Origin: Bacteroidota bacterium
GTDB lineage: Bacteria > Bacteroidota > Bacteroidia > AKYH767-A > OLB10
Length of the DNA stretch: 64,000 nt
Direction: 5' to 3'
Assembly (NCBI GenBank): GCA_947447155.1
Contig: CANFIN010000001.1
Span: 2,371-66,370 of the forward strand
Below are positions 28,573 to 39,020 of this stretch, piece by piece; the first letter of the stretch is position 1; every line of letters begins with the position of its first letter. Made by a program: the position numbers and the translations under genes. Under the pieces are notes generated by a model. The model saw nothing but the letters and a program-made list of their open reading frames with translations. It did no database searches and was not told the DNA's origin.

Positions 28573-29298
28573 ATGAATTTGGTTTTAGACTTAGGAAATA
28601 CAGCTATAAAGTGGGCGATTTTTGATGGTAAAAATTTGATTTTCAGAGGAAAGTTAGATTGTTCAAATGTCGTTTATGAATTTCCGGAATGGAGTAAATA
28701 TGATATAAAGCAAGTTGCGGTTTCAACAGTAATTGAAATTCCAAATCAATTAAAAAAAAATCTTGAGGCGTTCGATTCGGTTTTGTTAATCAATCAAAAT
28801 GTAAATTTGCCAATTAAGAATAGTTATCAAACCCCGGATTCTTTGGGTATGGATCGTTTAGTTAATGCTGTTGCTGCCTGTTATTTGTCTAATAAGCAGG
28901 AAACATTAGTAGTTGATTGCGGTACTTGCCTGAAAATCGATTTATCTACATTGGAAAATGGTTTCGTAGGTGGATCTATTTCTCCTGGTATAACTATGAG
29001 GTATGAGGCTTTACACAATTACACACATAAATTGCCATTGCTGAAACCGATGAACTTTAACAAATTAATTGGCATTTCTACTAATGATTCAATACATAAC
29101 GGTGTTATTTGCGGCATTAACAATGAGATTTTAGGCTCAATAGAAAACTATAAAAAGGAATTTCCAGATATTCATATAATAATAACGGGAGGAGACCTCT
29201 CTTATTTAGAAAAAATAACAGAAAAAAAAGCCATATTTGCAGAGCCTGATTTGACACTGATCGGGATAAATTTAATATTGCTCCACAACATCCAATGA
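28573..29298 (+). CDS. coaX: Type III pantothenate kinase
   Basis: LVLDLGNTAIKW N-terminal ASKHA motif, GMDRL, and the VDCGT and ITGGD motifs. The ATG at 28573 is preferred over the TTG at 28570. Confidence 0.9.
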   Translation: MNLVLDLGNTAIKWAIFDGKNLIFRGKLDCSNVVYEFPEWSKYDIKQVAVSTVIEIPNQLKKNLEAFDSVLLINQNVNLPIKNSYQTPDSLGMDRLVNAVAACYLSNKQETLVVDCGTCLKIDLSTLENGFVGGSISPGITMRYEALHNYTHKLPLLKPMNFNKLIGISTNDSIHNGVICGINNEILGSIENYKKEFPDIHIIITGGDLSYLEKITEKKAIFAEPDLTLIGINLILLHNIQ

Positions 29299-30587
29299 GA
29301 ATATATCAGAATCATTTATTGCGATTAGTAATTTTATTTGCTCTTTTAAGTAATTATTGCTTAGCACAAAATAGTACCCTATCTCCTTATTCCAGATTTG
29401 GTGTTGGCGATCTAATTTTTAGAGGCTTTTCATATCAAAAGGGTATGGCTGGTCTTTCCATTGGCTATACTAATCCTAATGCCATAAATTTTAATAATCC
29501 TGCATCGTATGCTTACGATTCAATTATGGTCATGGAAATTGGTGTTAATTCAGAGGCTGTATTTAGTAAGCAAAACGATGTTGTAAATAAAGGTTATAAT
29601 GCAGACTTAAATGCATTGGCTTTAGCATTTCCAATTGTTAAAAATAAAATAGGATTTTCATTTGGGATTATTCCTTTTAGTGGGACAGGTTATAACATTA
29701 TTTCTACTGATAAAATTGATACATTAAATACAACTTCAGATATTAACTATTATTTTAAAGGCTCAGGAGGATATACCAAGTACTATATGGGTGCTGGTTT
29801 TAAATTAACAAAGTCATTGTCTCTTGGAGTAAACGCAAGTTATCTATTTGGAAATGTAATCAATCAAAGAAAGCAAGAGTTTACTAATTCTATTCTGTTT
29901 AATACTAATTATCAGGATGAATTAAGTCTGTCTGATTTTTATTTTGACTACGGATTAAACTGGAAACGTCCTTTAAAAAATGATAAAACAATTGCTATTG
30001 GTTTATCAGGTTCGCCTTCACAAAAAGTGAAAGGAGAAAAAAATATTTTATGGTTGAATTACAAGAAAGGAGCAACAGGATTTGATGTTTTAAAGGATAC
30101 GGTTTACCTTTCGTTGAATAATAATGGAGAAGTTGTTTTGCCAGCTAATTTAGCAATAGGGTTTTGCGTTTCTAAATTAAATAAGTGGAATTACGGCGCA
30201 GATTTATCAGTTCAAAACTGGAGTGAGTATCAGGCCTTCGGAGTTAAAGATTCATTGAAAAATAGTTTTTCATTATCAGCAGGAGGTAGTTATATACCTA
30301 GTAACTTAATTTCATCTAGTTACTTTAGAAGAGTAGAATATAGAATGGGCGCATACTATAATCAATCTTATTTGAATTTGAATAACAATTCTAATCTTAA
30401 CGATATTGGTATCTCAATGGGAGTTGGACTTCCGCTCAAAAGAAGTTATCAATCGAAAGTTAATTGTAGTTTGCAGTTTGGTAAAAGAGGGACGTTAAAA
30501 GACAACCTAGTTAGAGAGCAATATATTAGATTGTCAATTGGCCTTACCTTTAATGAGGTTTGGTTTCAAAAAAAGAAATTCGATTAA
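29295..30587 (+). CDS. Outer-membrane beta-barrel protein of unknown function (430 aa)
   Basis: Signal peptide (LSNYCLAQN), an SPYSRFGVGDL N-terminal motif, and long alternating beta-strand segments. Its start overlaps the coaX stop (ATGA). Confidence 0.6.
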   Translation: MRIYQNHLLRLVILFALLSNYCLAQNSTLSPYSRFGVGDLIFRGFSYQKGMAGLSIGYTNPNAINFNNPASYAYDSIMVMEIGVNSEAVFSKQNDVVNKGYNADLNALALAFPIVKNKIGFSFGIIPFSGTGYNIISTDKIDTLNTTSDINYYFKGSGGYTKYYMGAGFKLTKSLSLGVNASYLFGNVINQRKQEFTNSILFNTNYQDELSLSDFYFDYGLNWKRPLKNDKTIAIGLSGSPSQKVKGEKNILWLNYKKGATGFDVLKDTVYLSLNNNGEVVLPANLAIGFCVSKLNKWNYGADLSVQNWSEYQAFGVKDSLKNSFSLSAGGSYIPSNLISSSYFRRVEYRMGAYYNQSYLNLNNNSNLNDIGISMGVGLPLKRSYQSKVNCSLQFGKRGTLKDNLVREQYIRLSIGLTFNEVWFQKKKFD

Positions 30588-30599
30588 AATTCTAAGACC

Positions 30600-31142
30600 A
30601 TGAGTTTGATAAGGAGCATGTTGTTTTTTTTGACTGTCCTGTTTTTGTTTAATTCATGCGAAAACAATGAAGGCGAAATTTCTAGAATTACATCAAGGCA
30701 AAATGACCCGGTAGAAGAAATTATAGGATTGAAAACAATTTATAGTGATTCGGGTTCGGTTAAAGTGCTTCTTGAAGCACCTCGCATGAAAAAAGTTTTA
30801 ATTCCTAAACCTATTACAGAACTACCAAAAGGAATGGTGCTTAGTTTTTATGATGCCGACATGAATGTTGTTTCGAAGATGTCTTCTGATTATGCTATTC
30901 ACTATGAACTAGAACATCGTTGGGAGGCTAGGAATAATGTTGAAGTTGTTAATGTGAAAGGTGAAAAGTTAAATACAGAAAAATTAATTTGGGACGAAAG
31001 AGGCAATAAATTACTTTCTGATAACTTTGTTAAAATTACAACCGCAAAAGAGATAATAATGGGCAATGGTTTTGAAGCAGATCAGGATTTTAGCCATTAT
31101 AAAATCTTCAATGTTACTGGTCATATAACGCTAAATGAATGA
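30600..31142 (+). CDS. lptC: LptC-like periplasmic LPS-export protein (lipoprotein-anchored)
   Basis: 180 aa, lipobox LFNSC, OstA/LptC-like beta-jellyroll pattern (IYSDSGSVKVLLEAP..., GNGFEADQDFSHYKI). Recognised from memory of Flavobacteriia LptC annotations. Confidence 0.55.
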   Translation: MSLIRSMLFFLTVLFLFNSCENNEGEISRITSRQNDPVEEIIGLKTIYSDSGSVKVLLEAPRMKKVLIPKPITELPKGMVLSFYDADMNVVSKMSSDYAIHYELEHRWEARNNVEVVNVKGEKLNTEKLIWDERGNKLLSDNFVKITTAKEIIMGNGFEADQDFSHYKIFNVTGHITLNE

Positions 31143-31333
31143 ATATCTACCGATTACTTGAGATTTCTTGGTTGATTTTAACATTGATTGCTGTGTCGAT
31201 AGGTGTTTTTAAAAGCCTAACTGAATCAGCCTTGACCGGCCTATGGTTTTTTTTAGTTGCATTTTTTACGAGTATATTTTGGATAATCAGACGATCTCAA
31301 AGGGCAAAAAGTGATATTAATAACGATAATTAG
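31139..31333 (+). CDS. Small two-helix membrane protein (64 aa)
   Basis: ATGA overlap with the lptC stop suggests translational coupling. Two clear hydrophobic helices. Confidence 0.45.
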   Translation: MNIYRLLEISWLILTLIAVSIGVFKSLTESALTGLWFFLVAFFTSIFWIIRRSQRAKSDINNDN

Positions 31334-31428
31334 ATTTGCTTTTAATGATATTCCTTTAATTGACTCTTTTAACAATAAATAAAGAGTTGTATATTCGCAC
31401 ACTTAAATCAAGAATTAAATAGATTACT

Positions 31429-33516
31429 ATGGCAGTTATTGAAAAAATAAGAAGCAAATCAGGTGTTCTTATTGGAATTATTGGATTTAGTTTGGTAGCC
31501 TTTATTTTAGGTGATTTGTTCTCATCAAAAAATGGTTTTTTTGCTGGTTCAGATAATACCGTCGGAATTATTGGTGGAAAAAAAGTCGACTTGATGGATT
31601 ATAATTCTAGAGTAGAGGAATATGTTGAGAATTATAAGACTCAATCGAATAGTCAAACTGTTGATCAGGCTACCATGGATCAAATCAGAGAGCAAGCTTG
31701 GAAAAAGTTTGTGGATGATATGGTGCTAGGTGAGCAGTACTCAAAACTAGGACTAACATGTTCCCCAGATGAGTTATTTGATATGGTTCAAGGCAAGAAC
31801 ATTGACCCTCAAATTCGTCAAGCGTTTACTGATCCTAAAACTGGTCAGTTTAATCCATCTGCTGTTATTTCTTTTTTAAAGAATAAAGATCAAGATCCAA
31901 AGACTGCAGCTCAATGGCTAGCTTTTGAAAAATCACTTAAAGAGGCGAGAATAGCTCAAAAATATAAGGACTTAGTCAAGGGTGGCTTATATGTTTCTAA
32001 TTATGAAGCAAAGGAGAATTTTATTGAAATGAATAGAACTGCTAATGTTAAATATGTAATGATTCCATATACTTCATTAGTCGATTCTACAATTGCAGTA
32101 TCAGATGCTGATTTGAAAGCTGTTTATAATGAGAATTTGAAAAAATATAAGCAACCAGATAGTCGCACAGTAGAGTACGTTGCTTTCAATGTAAAACCTT
32201 CTGAAATTGATATTAAAGCATCGTCAACTGAATTTGCTAAATTATTTGAGGAATTTAAAGCAACTTCAAATGATTCATCGTTTATGGTCGCTAATTCAGA
32301 TCAACCATTAGATGATACTTACCACAAAAAAGGGACGTTGCCTTTTAATATTGATTCAGTAATGTTTTCTGCTGCAATTGGAACAGTGATGGGGCCATTT
32401 GATATGAATGGTGCTTATTCCGCTTCAAAATTAATTGCTGTAAAAACAATGGCAGATTCAGTTAAAGCTCGTCATATTTTAATTAAAATTGAACCAGGCA
32501 AGTCTGATGTCGCAAAAGCAACAGGAGATAGTATTATTACGGCTATTAAAGGTGGAGCGAAATTCGAAGACATGGCTGCAAAATATTCAATCGATCAAGC
32601 TGCTAATGCAAAAGGTGGTGATTTAGGTTGGTTTAATTACCAAATGATGGTGCAGCCTTTTAGCGAAGCTTGCTTTAGTTCGTCAAAGGGTGCATTAATC
32701 ACGGTCGAAACCCAATTTGGATTACATGTTATTGAGGTAACTGATATGAGCGCGGCTTCCCGTCAGGTAAAAGTTGCAACCTTAGTTAAAAAGGTAGAGC
32801 CGAGTGCGAAAACAATTCAGAATATTTTTACTAAGGCTAATGAGTTTGCAAATAAGTTCAATACTTCAGATTCGTTTGATAAAGGAATTAAAGACCAGAA
32901 TTTAACAAAGTTGACAGAGCAAAATATTCAAGAGAATAATCGTCAAGTGGGTGGATTTGAAAACTCTAGAGAACTTATCCGTTGGTCATTCAAGGCAAAA
33001 GCAGGAGAGGTTTCTAAAGCGTTTGATTTTGGTAATGCATATGTAGTTGCTAAGGTAACTGATATAAGAGAAAAAGGAACTTCAACAATTGAACAAGTTA
33101 AAGAGCAATTAACAGCAGAAGCAAGAAAGGATAAGAAAGCTCTAATGTTTATTGATCAATTAACAAAGGCAGGATCTTCAAATATTGATGCTATAGCTTC
33201 TAAGGTTAAACAAATGGTAATGCCGGCTGAAAATATATCTTTTGCATCACCTTTCTTAGGTAATGCAGGATTTGAAGGAGCGGTAGTTGGAAATTTAATG
33301 ACTCTTAAGCCAGGACAAATTTCAAAACCTATTAAAGGTAATTCAGGTGTTTATGTAATTGTTGTAAATAATTTTAATGAGACAACATTACCGAAAGAGT
33401 TTAAAGAATCTGCAAATCAAATTAAGCAACAATTGCAAGGACGTGCACAGTACGAAGTTGAAAATGCTTTAAAAGAGAAGGCAGATATCACTGATCATAG
33501 AGGAAGATTCTATTAG
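31429..33516 (+). CDS. PpiD/SurA-like periplasmic chaperone, parvulin-type peptidyl-prolyl isomerase
   Basis: N-terminal membrane anchor (VLIGIIGFSLVAFILG), SurA_N-like region and a parvulin domain (ARHILIK...GGDLGWF...GLHVIEV). 695 aa. Confidence 0.8.
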   Translation: MAVIEKIRSKSGVLIGIIGFSLVAFILGDLFSSKNGFFAGSDNTVGIIGGKKVDLMDYNSRVEEYVENYKTQSNSQTVDQATMDQIREQAWKKFVDDMVLGEQYSKLGLTCSPDELFDMVQGKNIDPQIRQAFTDPKTGQFNPSAVISFLKNKDQDPKTAAQWLAFEKSLKEARIAQKYKDLVKGGLYVSNYEAKENFIEMNRTANVKYVMIPYTSLVDSTIAVSDADLKAVYNENLKKYKQPDSRTVEYVAFNVKPSEIDIKASSTEFAKLFEEFKATSNDSSFMVANSDQPLDDTYHKKGTLPFNIDSVMFSAAIGTVMGPFDMNGAYSASKLIAVKTMADSVKARHILIKIEPGKSDVAKATGDSIITAIKGGAKFEDMAAKYSIDQAANAKGGDLGWFNYQMMVQPFSEACFSSSKGALITVETQFGLHVIEVTDMSAASRQVKVATLVKKVEPSAKTIQNIFTKANEFANKFNTSDSFDKGIKDQNLTKLTEQNIQENNRQVGGFENSRELIRWSFKAKAGEVSKAFDFGNAYVVAKVTDIREKGTSTIEQVKEQLTAEARKDKKALMFIDQLTKAGSSNIDAIASKVKQMVMPAENISFASPFLGNAGFEGAVVGNLMTLKPGQISKPIKGNSGVYVIVVNNFNETTLPKEFKESANQIKQQLQGRAQYEVENALKEKADITDHRGRFY

Positions 33517-33538
33517 GATTTTCAATCAAAATATAAAA

Positions 33539-33565
33539 GGGAGAATATTTATTCTCCCTTTTTTT
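33539..33565. terminator. Rho-independent terminator (ppiD-like gene; also usable for convergent murI)
   Basis: Perfect stem GGGAGAAT/ATTCTCCC with a 4-nt loop, then TTTTTTT. An A-run on the other side. Confidence 0.75.
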
Positions 33566-34385
33566 ATTTCCATAAGTTCTTATGCTCCAATTTGACTTTG
33601 CCTTTAAAAAATAGCTTTGTGCTTTCGGCAAATGCTGCGGTATAATCCGAGACAAAAAAATGGTGCTTTGTTTTTTTTCCGTTATTTAATAATCCGTTTA
33701 GATTTAAAATTTCTTTGGTATGGTTGGCAACAATGCCCGCCGTATCAAAAAGGGTTACTTTATTCTTGTAGTAAAGTTCGATCTCTGGTTTAATCAACGG
33801 GTAATGCGTGCATCCTAAAATTAAGCTATCAATTCCTTTTAGTTTGGGTCTTGATAGGTAGTCGTTAATAATCGTTTTCGAAATTTTATTATTGAAGAAG
33901 CCTTCTTCTATCATTGGCGCCAACAATGGGGTTGCCAGTGATGAAATATTCAATTTTTTATTTTGAGCTTTTAACTTTGTTGCGTAAATATCTGTTTTAA
34001 TAGTAGCCTTTGTTCCAATTACTCCAATAGATTTAGAATTGGTCTGCTTGCAGACATAGTCTACTATTGGGTCTATAACATTTACGATAATAGCACGATT
34101 TCCGATATGCGATTTGATCAATTCAAATGCAACTGATGATATACTATTACATGCAATTACAATAATCTTGCAGTTATAAGTCATTAAAAAATCACTAATA
34201 GCTATTGCCCATTTCTTAATTGATTCTGGCGATTTGTCACCGTAGGGTAGGTGAGCAGTGTCTCCAAAATAAATTAATTGCTCATTAGGCATTATTTTGT
34301 GAATTGCACTCGCAACGGTTAATCCCCCTATGCCTGAGTCGAAGATTCCTAAAGGTCTTGATGAATCGTTTACTTTCTTAGCCAT
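33564..34385 (-). CDS. murI: Glutamate racemase
   Basis: FDSGIGGLTV, catalytic Cys motifs IACNS and GCTHYP. 273 aa. Confidence 0.95.
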   Translation of the reverse strand: MAKKVNDSSRPLGIFDSGIGGLTVASAIHKIMPNEQLIYFGDTAHLPYGDKSPESIKKWAIAISDFLMTYNCKIIVIACNSISSVAFELIKSHIGNRAIIVNVIDPIVDYVCKQTNSKSIGVIGTKATIKTDIYATKLKAQNKKLNISSLATPLLAPMIEEGFFNNKISKTIINDYLSRPKLKGIDSLILGCTHYPLIKPEIELYYKNKVTLFDTAGIVANHTKEILNLNGLLNNGKKTKHHFFVSDYTAAFAESTKLFFKGKVKLEHKNLWK

Positions 34386-34400
34386 ATAACAAAGTTGATA

Positions 34401-34432
34401 AAAAAATAAAAGCCCCGAGATTTACTCGAGGC
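34401..34432 (-). terminator. Rho-independent terminator downstream of the skp genes
   Basis: On the minus-strand RNA: GCCUCGAG-uaaau-CUCGGGGC (one G.U pair), followed by UUUUAUUUUUUU. Confidence 0.65.
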
Positions 34433-34455
34433 TTTTTATAAACGGTTAGATTTAA

Positions 34456-34971
34456 TTACTTAATTCCAAGTTTAGCTTTAACTAATGGTATAATATCATC
34501 AGAGTCCTGTGCAAAAATTAATGTTCCTCCTGGGGTGCTATCAAAAATGTAGGAGTACCCTTTTTCTTTTGCCACTGCATTTATTGCATCTTGTGCCCTT
34601 TTAACAATTGGTCCATTCAACTCTTCTTGTTTTTTCTGTAATGATGTTTGAGCTGATTCTTGGAAAGCCTGAATGCGATCTTCTAAGTCTGAGATTTCTT
34701 TTTGCTTCGCTTCTTTAATAGGGTCTGCCATAGACGCTTCTTTCGATTTGTAATCAGCTATTTTAGCTTGATATTCAGCGCCCATTGTTTTGTATTGAGA
34801 ATCGAGTGTGTTTTTAAATTTTGCTAAGGTAGAGTCCGCCGCTTTTAATTCTGGCATCATACCAAACAATTCATTTGAGTTAATGTGTCCAAATTTTAAT
34901 GTTGATTGAGCGTTACAAAAATTAGTTAGACTTAATACTACACCAAATGCAACTGCAATTAATTTCTTCAT
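34456..34971 (-). CDS. skp: OmpH/Skp-family periplasmic chaperone
   Basis: Signal peptide and a long coiled-coil Lys/Glu/Gln-rich core. It sits in the conserved position downstream of bamA. Confidence 0.8.
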   Translation of the reverse strand: MKKLIAVAFGVVLSLTNFCNAQSTLKFGHINSNELFGMMPELKAADSTLAKFKNTLDSQYKTMGAEYQAKIADYKSKEASMADPIKEAKQKEISDLEDRIQAFQESAQTSLQKKQEELNGPIVKRAQDAINAVAKEKGYSYIFDSTPGGTLIFAQDSDDIIPLVKAKLGIK

Positions 34972-35003
34972 GATTTTTTTACTTGATTAGGTTTTATAAT
35001 TTA

Positions 35004-35609
35004 TTATCGTTTTTCTTCAGAACCACCACTAGGAGCTGATTTGTTATCGGTTCCTGACTTGCTATCGCCGGCACCATTCGATTTGCTTCCTGCTTTATAT
35101 CCCATTGAAGCTAATACTTCATCACTCTTATCGTATTTAGCATTTGTATAAAGCATAGTTAAATCACCAGACTTGTCGAAAATAACAGCATAACTTTGGT
35201 CTGTTGCAATCTTCTTTACGGCATTGTAAATTTTGTCTTGAAGTGGTTTGATAAGCTCTTGTTTTTTCTTAAAAAGCTCACCTTCATAACCGAATTTCGC
35301 CTTTTGAAATTCTTTAACGTCTTTTTCTTTGTTGGTGATTTCAAGTTCTCTTTTCTTTTTCATATCCTCGGTTAAAAGGATTTGCTCAGCTTGATAATCC
35401 TTGTAAAGCTTATCAATAATTGCATATTTGCCTTCGATTTCTTTTTGCCAACTGATGCTAAGTTGATCTAATTGTTGTTGTGCTGCTTTGTATTCTGAAA
35501 TGTTGTCTAAAATATACTGACTATCGATAAAAGCATATTTCTGTGCACATGCAGGTTTTATTGCTATCGCAATAAAAAACACTAAAAGGGTTACCAATTG
35601 TTTTTTCAT
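35004..35609 (-). CDS. skp: OmpH/Skp-family periplasmic chaperone (second copy, Gly/Ser-rich tail)
   Basis: Same architecture. The track start at 35630 is a TTG. I prefer ATG 35609 (MKKQLVTLLVFFIAIAIKPACAQ signal peptide). Confidence 0.75.
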   Translation of the reverse strand: MKKQLVTLLVFFIAIAIKPACAQKYAFIDSQYILDNISEYKAAQQQLDQLSISWQKEIEGKYAIIDKLYKDYQAEQILLTEDMKKKRELEITNKEKDVKEFQKAKFGYEGELFKKKQELIKPLQDKIYNAVKKIATDQSYAVIFDKSGDLTMLYTNAKYDKSDEVLASMGYKAGSKSNGAGDSKSGTDNKSAPSGGSEEKR

Positions 35610-35680
35610 AAATTTATTTTTTTGAGGCAACTAATATTCATGCCAAATTTACCAATTTATTTTTAACCTGAGTGTAGTTA

Positions 35681-38188
35681 TTAGAATTGCTGTCCGATTG
35701 TAAAGTGGAAGTTGGATCCGCTATATACTTTACTGCCTTCAATATCATCAAAGCCATATCCCCAGTCTAAACCAAGAAGTCCGAACATCGGTAAGAAGAT
35801 CCTTACACCCATTCCGGCAGAGCGTTTTAAGGAGAAAGGATTAAAGTTTTTCATTCCTAAATAGTTATTACCACCTTCTATAAAGCCAAGTGTATAAATG
35901 GTTGCCGATGGGTTCAAGGATATTGGGAAGCGAAGCTCTAATGTAAATTTATCATAAGCGGTACCACCAATGTTGCTACCATTTATTTTTGGAGTTACCG
36001 AGTTGTTATCATATCCTCTTAAGGCAATTATTTCACGACCGTCTAATGAATAACCTGATAAACCATCACCCCCAACATAAAAGCGCTCAAAAGGACTTTG
36101 ACCAATGTCTTTGTTATAAAAACCTAAAAATCCGAATTGTGCTTTGCTATACAAAACAAATTTTCCTACACTCTTATAATTAGCCGCACTAAACTTCCAT
36201 TTGTGATATTCTAACCATTTGTATTTTTCTGTTGCAATGGCAGTTTTATAGTCCGTTTTATTATCAATTAAAGAGAAAGGAGGGGTAAGCTGAACTGTGA
36301 AATTAATTTGAGAACCCGTTCTAATCCAAACAAATCCATCTACAGAGTTTCTTGCTATCGTTTGAGAAAAACTCAAATTATTAGAGGATCCTTCATTAAA
36401 AAGAAAGGTTCCAGACCATTTATTCAAAGAGTAATTTTGAAAAGATAATTCATGATAAAGTGTGAAATAATCATCTGGCCATTTCAATCGTCTTCCAAGT
36501 CCAACAGCACCACCAGAAATTGTAAGATCAGACCGGTTTGTATCATCTAGCTTCAAGCCATTTGATTGAACAGAACGAAAGGCAGATACTGTTAAGGAAT
36601 TTGGTTTTTTCCCTCCGAGCCAAGGTTCAGTAAACGACATGTTATAGCTTTGGAAATACCTGCCATTTGATTGAAAGCGAATACTTAATTTTTGTCCGTC
36701 TCCTGATGGTAAGGGGGTCCATGTATTTCGCTTGGCAACATTTTTTATGGAGAAATTATTAAATGAAACGCCTAACGTTCCGACAACGCCGGCACCACCG
36801 CCCCAGCCACCTGAAAGCTCTAGTTGGTCGGATGGTCTCTCTTCTACAATGTAGTCAATGTCCACAGTTCCAGTTGCGGGATTTGGCTTTGGATTGACAT
36901 TAAGTTTTTCTTGGTCAAAATAACCTAATTGCGCCAATTGACGTTGTGTCCTGATAATGTCTGAACGGTTAAATAATTGACCAGGTAATGTTCTGATTTC
37001 TCTTAAAATAACCTTGTCATTTGTTTTTGTATTTCCTGAAACAGAGATATTGCTTATAACTGCTTGCTTGCCTTCGTAAATTCGCATTTCAAGATCTATG
37101 GAATCACCAGCAATTTTTACTTCAACTGGAGTGATAGAGAAAAATAAATAACCATCGTCCATATAGAGTGATGAAATATCTCGTCCGCTCTGACTAAGGT
37201 AAAGTCCTTCTTCAATTCTTTGTTGATTATAGATGTCACCTTTATTTATATTTAGTATTTCCTGAAGTGCTGCAGTTGAATACTTGGTATTGCCAATCCA
37301 ATTAATATTTCGAATATAATATTTAGTACCCTCATTAATTTTTAAATAAAGGTTGATAGTTTTTTCATCATGCTTTGCAATGCTATCATTACTAAAAGAG
37401 GCGTCACGGAATCCGATTGCAGTATATTTAGCAATGATTTTTTCTTTATCCTTATCTAAACCTTCCTGAGTAAATTTAGAACTAGTAAATATTTTATAAT
37501 AAGCACTTTCTTTTGTGCCCTTCATTTTGTGTTTTAAGCTTTTTTCAGAAAAAGCGCTTACTCCTTCAAAGATAATTTTATTGATTTTCACTTTTTTCTT
37601 ATTTGAAATAGTAATAATCATCAATTGCGAATTCAGACCTGCCGCGGTATCTTTTTCTGCCTTTACAGATACATTAGTAAATAAATAGCCCTTATCTACA
37701 AAATAATTTTTAGTCAGGTTTTTAGTTGTTTGAATTAAATTCTCATTTACAATCTTTCCTTTGGCAAGTGAAAGTTTTTCTCTCAATTTATCAGCTTCAG
37801 ATTTATTAACCCCTTCAAAAGTAAATTTAGATAAGCGAGGAAGTTCTTTTATTTTAAACTCAAGAAAAATTTTATTGTCTATAATTTTTGTAGCATAAAT
37901 TTTTACATCCGAAAGCAATCCTTGTTTCCATAAGTTTTCAATTGATGTAGAAAGTTTATCTCCAGGGATTTTATATTTTTCACCAACGGTTAAACCTGTC
38001 AGAGTAATTAAAACGCTTTCGTCTAAATATTGAACTCCTGAAATAGTTATTCCTCCTAATTCATATTCTTTAGGATTTGAATAGTCAATCAAATCTTCAT
38101 TGCCATTAATTATAGTCTGTGCAGTAACAAAGTTATATCCACTGAAATAAAAAATAATTAATAAAAGGTATTTATAGGTTTTCTGCAT
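35681..38188 (-). CDS. bamA: Outer membrane protein assembly factor BamA
   Basis: 835 aa. Signal peptide, multiple POTRA repeats and an Omp85 barrel ending ...NFHFTIGQQF. Lies in the uppS-bamA-skp synteny. Confidence 0.9.
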   Translation of the reverse strand: MQKTYKYLLLIIFYFSGYNFVTAQTIINGNEDLIDYSNPKEYELGGITISGVQYLDESVLITLTGLTVGEKYKIPGDKLSTSIENLWKQGLLSDVKIYATKIIDNKIFLEFKIKELPRLSKFTFEGVNKSEADKLREKLSLAKGKIVNENLIQTTKNLTKNYFVDKGYLFTNVSVKAEKDTAAGLNSQLMIITISNKKKVKINKIIFEGVSAFSEKSLKHKMKGTKESAYYKIFTSSKFTQEGLDKDKEKIIAKYTAIGFRDASFSNDSIAKHDEKTINLYLKINEGTKYYIRNINWIGNTKYSTAALQEILNINKGDIYNQQRIEEGLYLSQSGRDISSLYMDDGYLFFSITPVEVKIAGDSIDLEMRIYEGKQAVISNISVSGNTKTNDKVILREIRTLPGQLFNRSDIIRTQRQLAQLGYFDQEKLNVNPKPNPATGTVDIDYIVEERPSDQLELSGGWGGGAGVVGTLGVSFNNFSIKNVAKRNTWTPLPSGDGQKLSIRFQSNGRYFQSYNMSFTEPWLGGKKPNSLTVSAFRSVQSNGLKLDDTNRSDLTISGGAVGLGRRLKWPDDYFTLYHELSFQNYSLNKWSGTFLFNEGSSNNLSFSQTIARNSVDGFVWIRTGSQINFTVQLTPPFSLIDNKTDYKTAIATEKYKWLEYHKWKFSAANYKSVGKFVLYSKAQFGFLGFYNKDIGQSPFERFYVGGDGLSGYSLDGREIIALRGYDNNSVTPKINGSNIGGTAYDKFTLELRFPISLNPSATIYTLGFIEGGNNYLGMKNFNPFSLKRSAGMGVRIFLPMFGLLGLDWGYGFDDIEGSKVYSGSNFHFTIGQQF

Positions 38189-38192
38189 GCTC

Positions 38193-38933
38193 TTATTTTA
38201 CTTGTTCTGATGTCATTCCGAATCTTCTTTCTCTGTTTTGAAAATTATAAATTGCCTCGTAAAAATCTTCTTTTTGGAAGTCAGGCCATAACTTAGTCGT
38301 AAAGTAAAGTTCTGCATAGGCAAGTTGCCAAAGCAGATAGTTGCTTATTCTTGTTTCACCACTGGTGCGTATCATTAATTCTGGATCAGGCCATTCCGAT
38401 GTTGATAAATGAGACGCAATCGTAACTTCATTGATATCATCAATTGAAAGGCGTCCTTCTTTAACTTCTTTGGCTATTTCTTGCGCAGCTTTTGTTATCT
38501 CCCATCTCGAACTATAGCTTAAAGCTAATACGAGTGTCATTCTTGTATTGCCAGAAGTTCTATCTATTGCTTTTTGTAATTTCTCCTTTACACCGTCAGG
38601 TAAACTATCTGTATCGCCAATTGTGGCTAAACGGATATTGTTTTTCATTAGGGTGTCTGTTTCCTTAGAAATAGTTTGCACTAACAAACTCATTAATGCA
38701 TCGATTTCAAATTTTGGTCTGTTCCAGTTTTCAGTGCTGAATGCATATAAAGTCAAAACACTAATGCCTAATTCCGCAGCGGCTTCAGTAACATCTCTAA
38801 CTGCTGTTACGCCGTTAGCATGACCAAATGTTCTAAGCATTCCTTGTTGCTTTGCCCAACGACCATTTCCGTCCATAATAATGGCAATATGCTTAGGCAG
38901 CTTATCAGTAACCAACAATTCTTTCTTTGACAT
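38193..38933 (-). CDS. uppS: Undecaprenyl-diphosphate synthase (isoprenyl transferase)
   Basis: HIAIIMDGNGRWA, FSTENWNRP and RTSGE.RISN motifs. ATG 38933 is preferred because the TTG at 38957 lies inside a TACATTTG promoter box. Confidence 0.9.
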   Translation of the reverse strand: MSKKELLVTDKLPKHIAIIMDGNGRWAKQQGMLRTFGHANGVTAVRDVTEAAAELGISVLTLYAFSTENWNRPKFEIDALMSLLVQTISKETDTLMKNNIRLATIGDTDSLPDGVKEKLQKAIDRTSGNTRMTLVLALSYSSRWEITKAAQEIAKEVKEGRLSIDDINEVTIASHLSTSEWPDPELMIRTSGETRISNYLLWQLAYAELYFTTKLWPDFQKEDFYEAIYNFQNRERRFGMTSEQVK

Positions 38934-38954
38934 CAGCAGATTTTCGAAGGGATA

Positions 38955-38962
38955 CAAATGTA
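38955..38962 (-). promoter_or_regulatory. Candidate -7 promoter box (TACATTTG) for uppS-bamA-skp
   Basis: Minus-strand TACATTTG matches TAnnTTTG, 21 nt upstream of the uppS ATG at 38933. Confidence 0.35.
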
Positions 38963-39020
38963 ATAAATTGAAGTTCGTCTTCGGGCGAAAAGTTTCAATT
39001 AACTGTGGTTTAACATGGAA

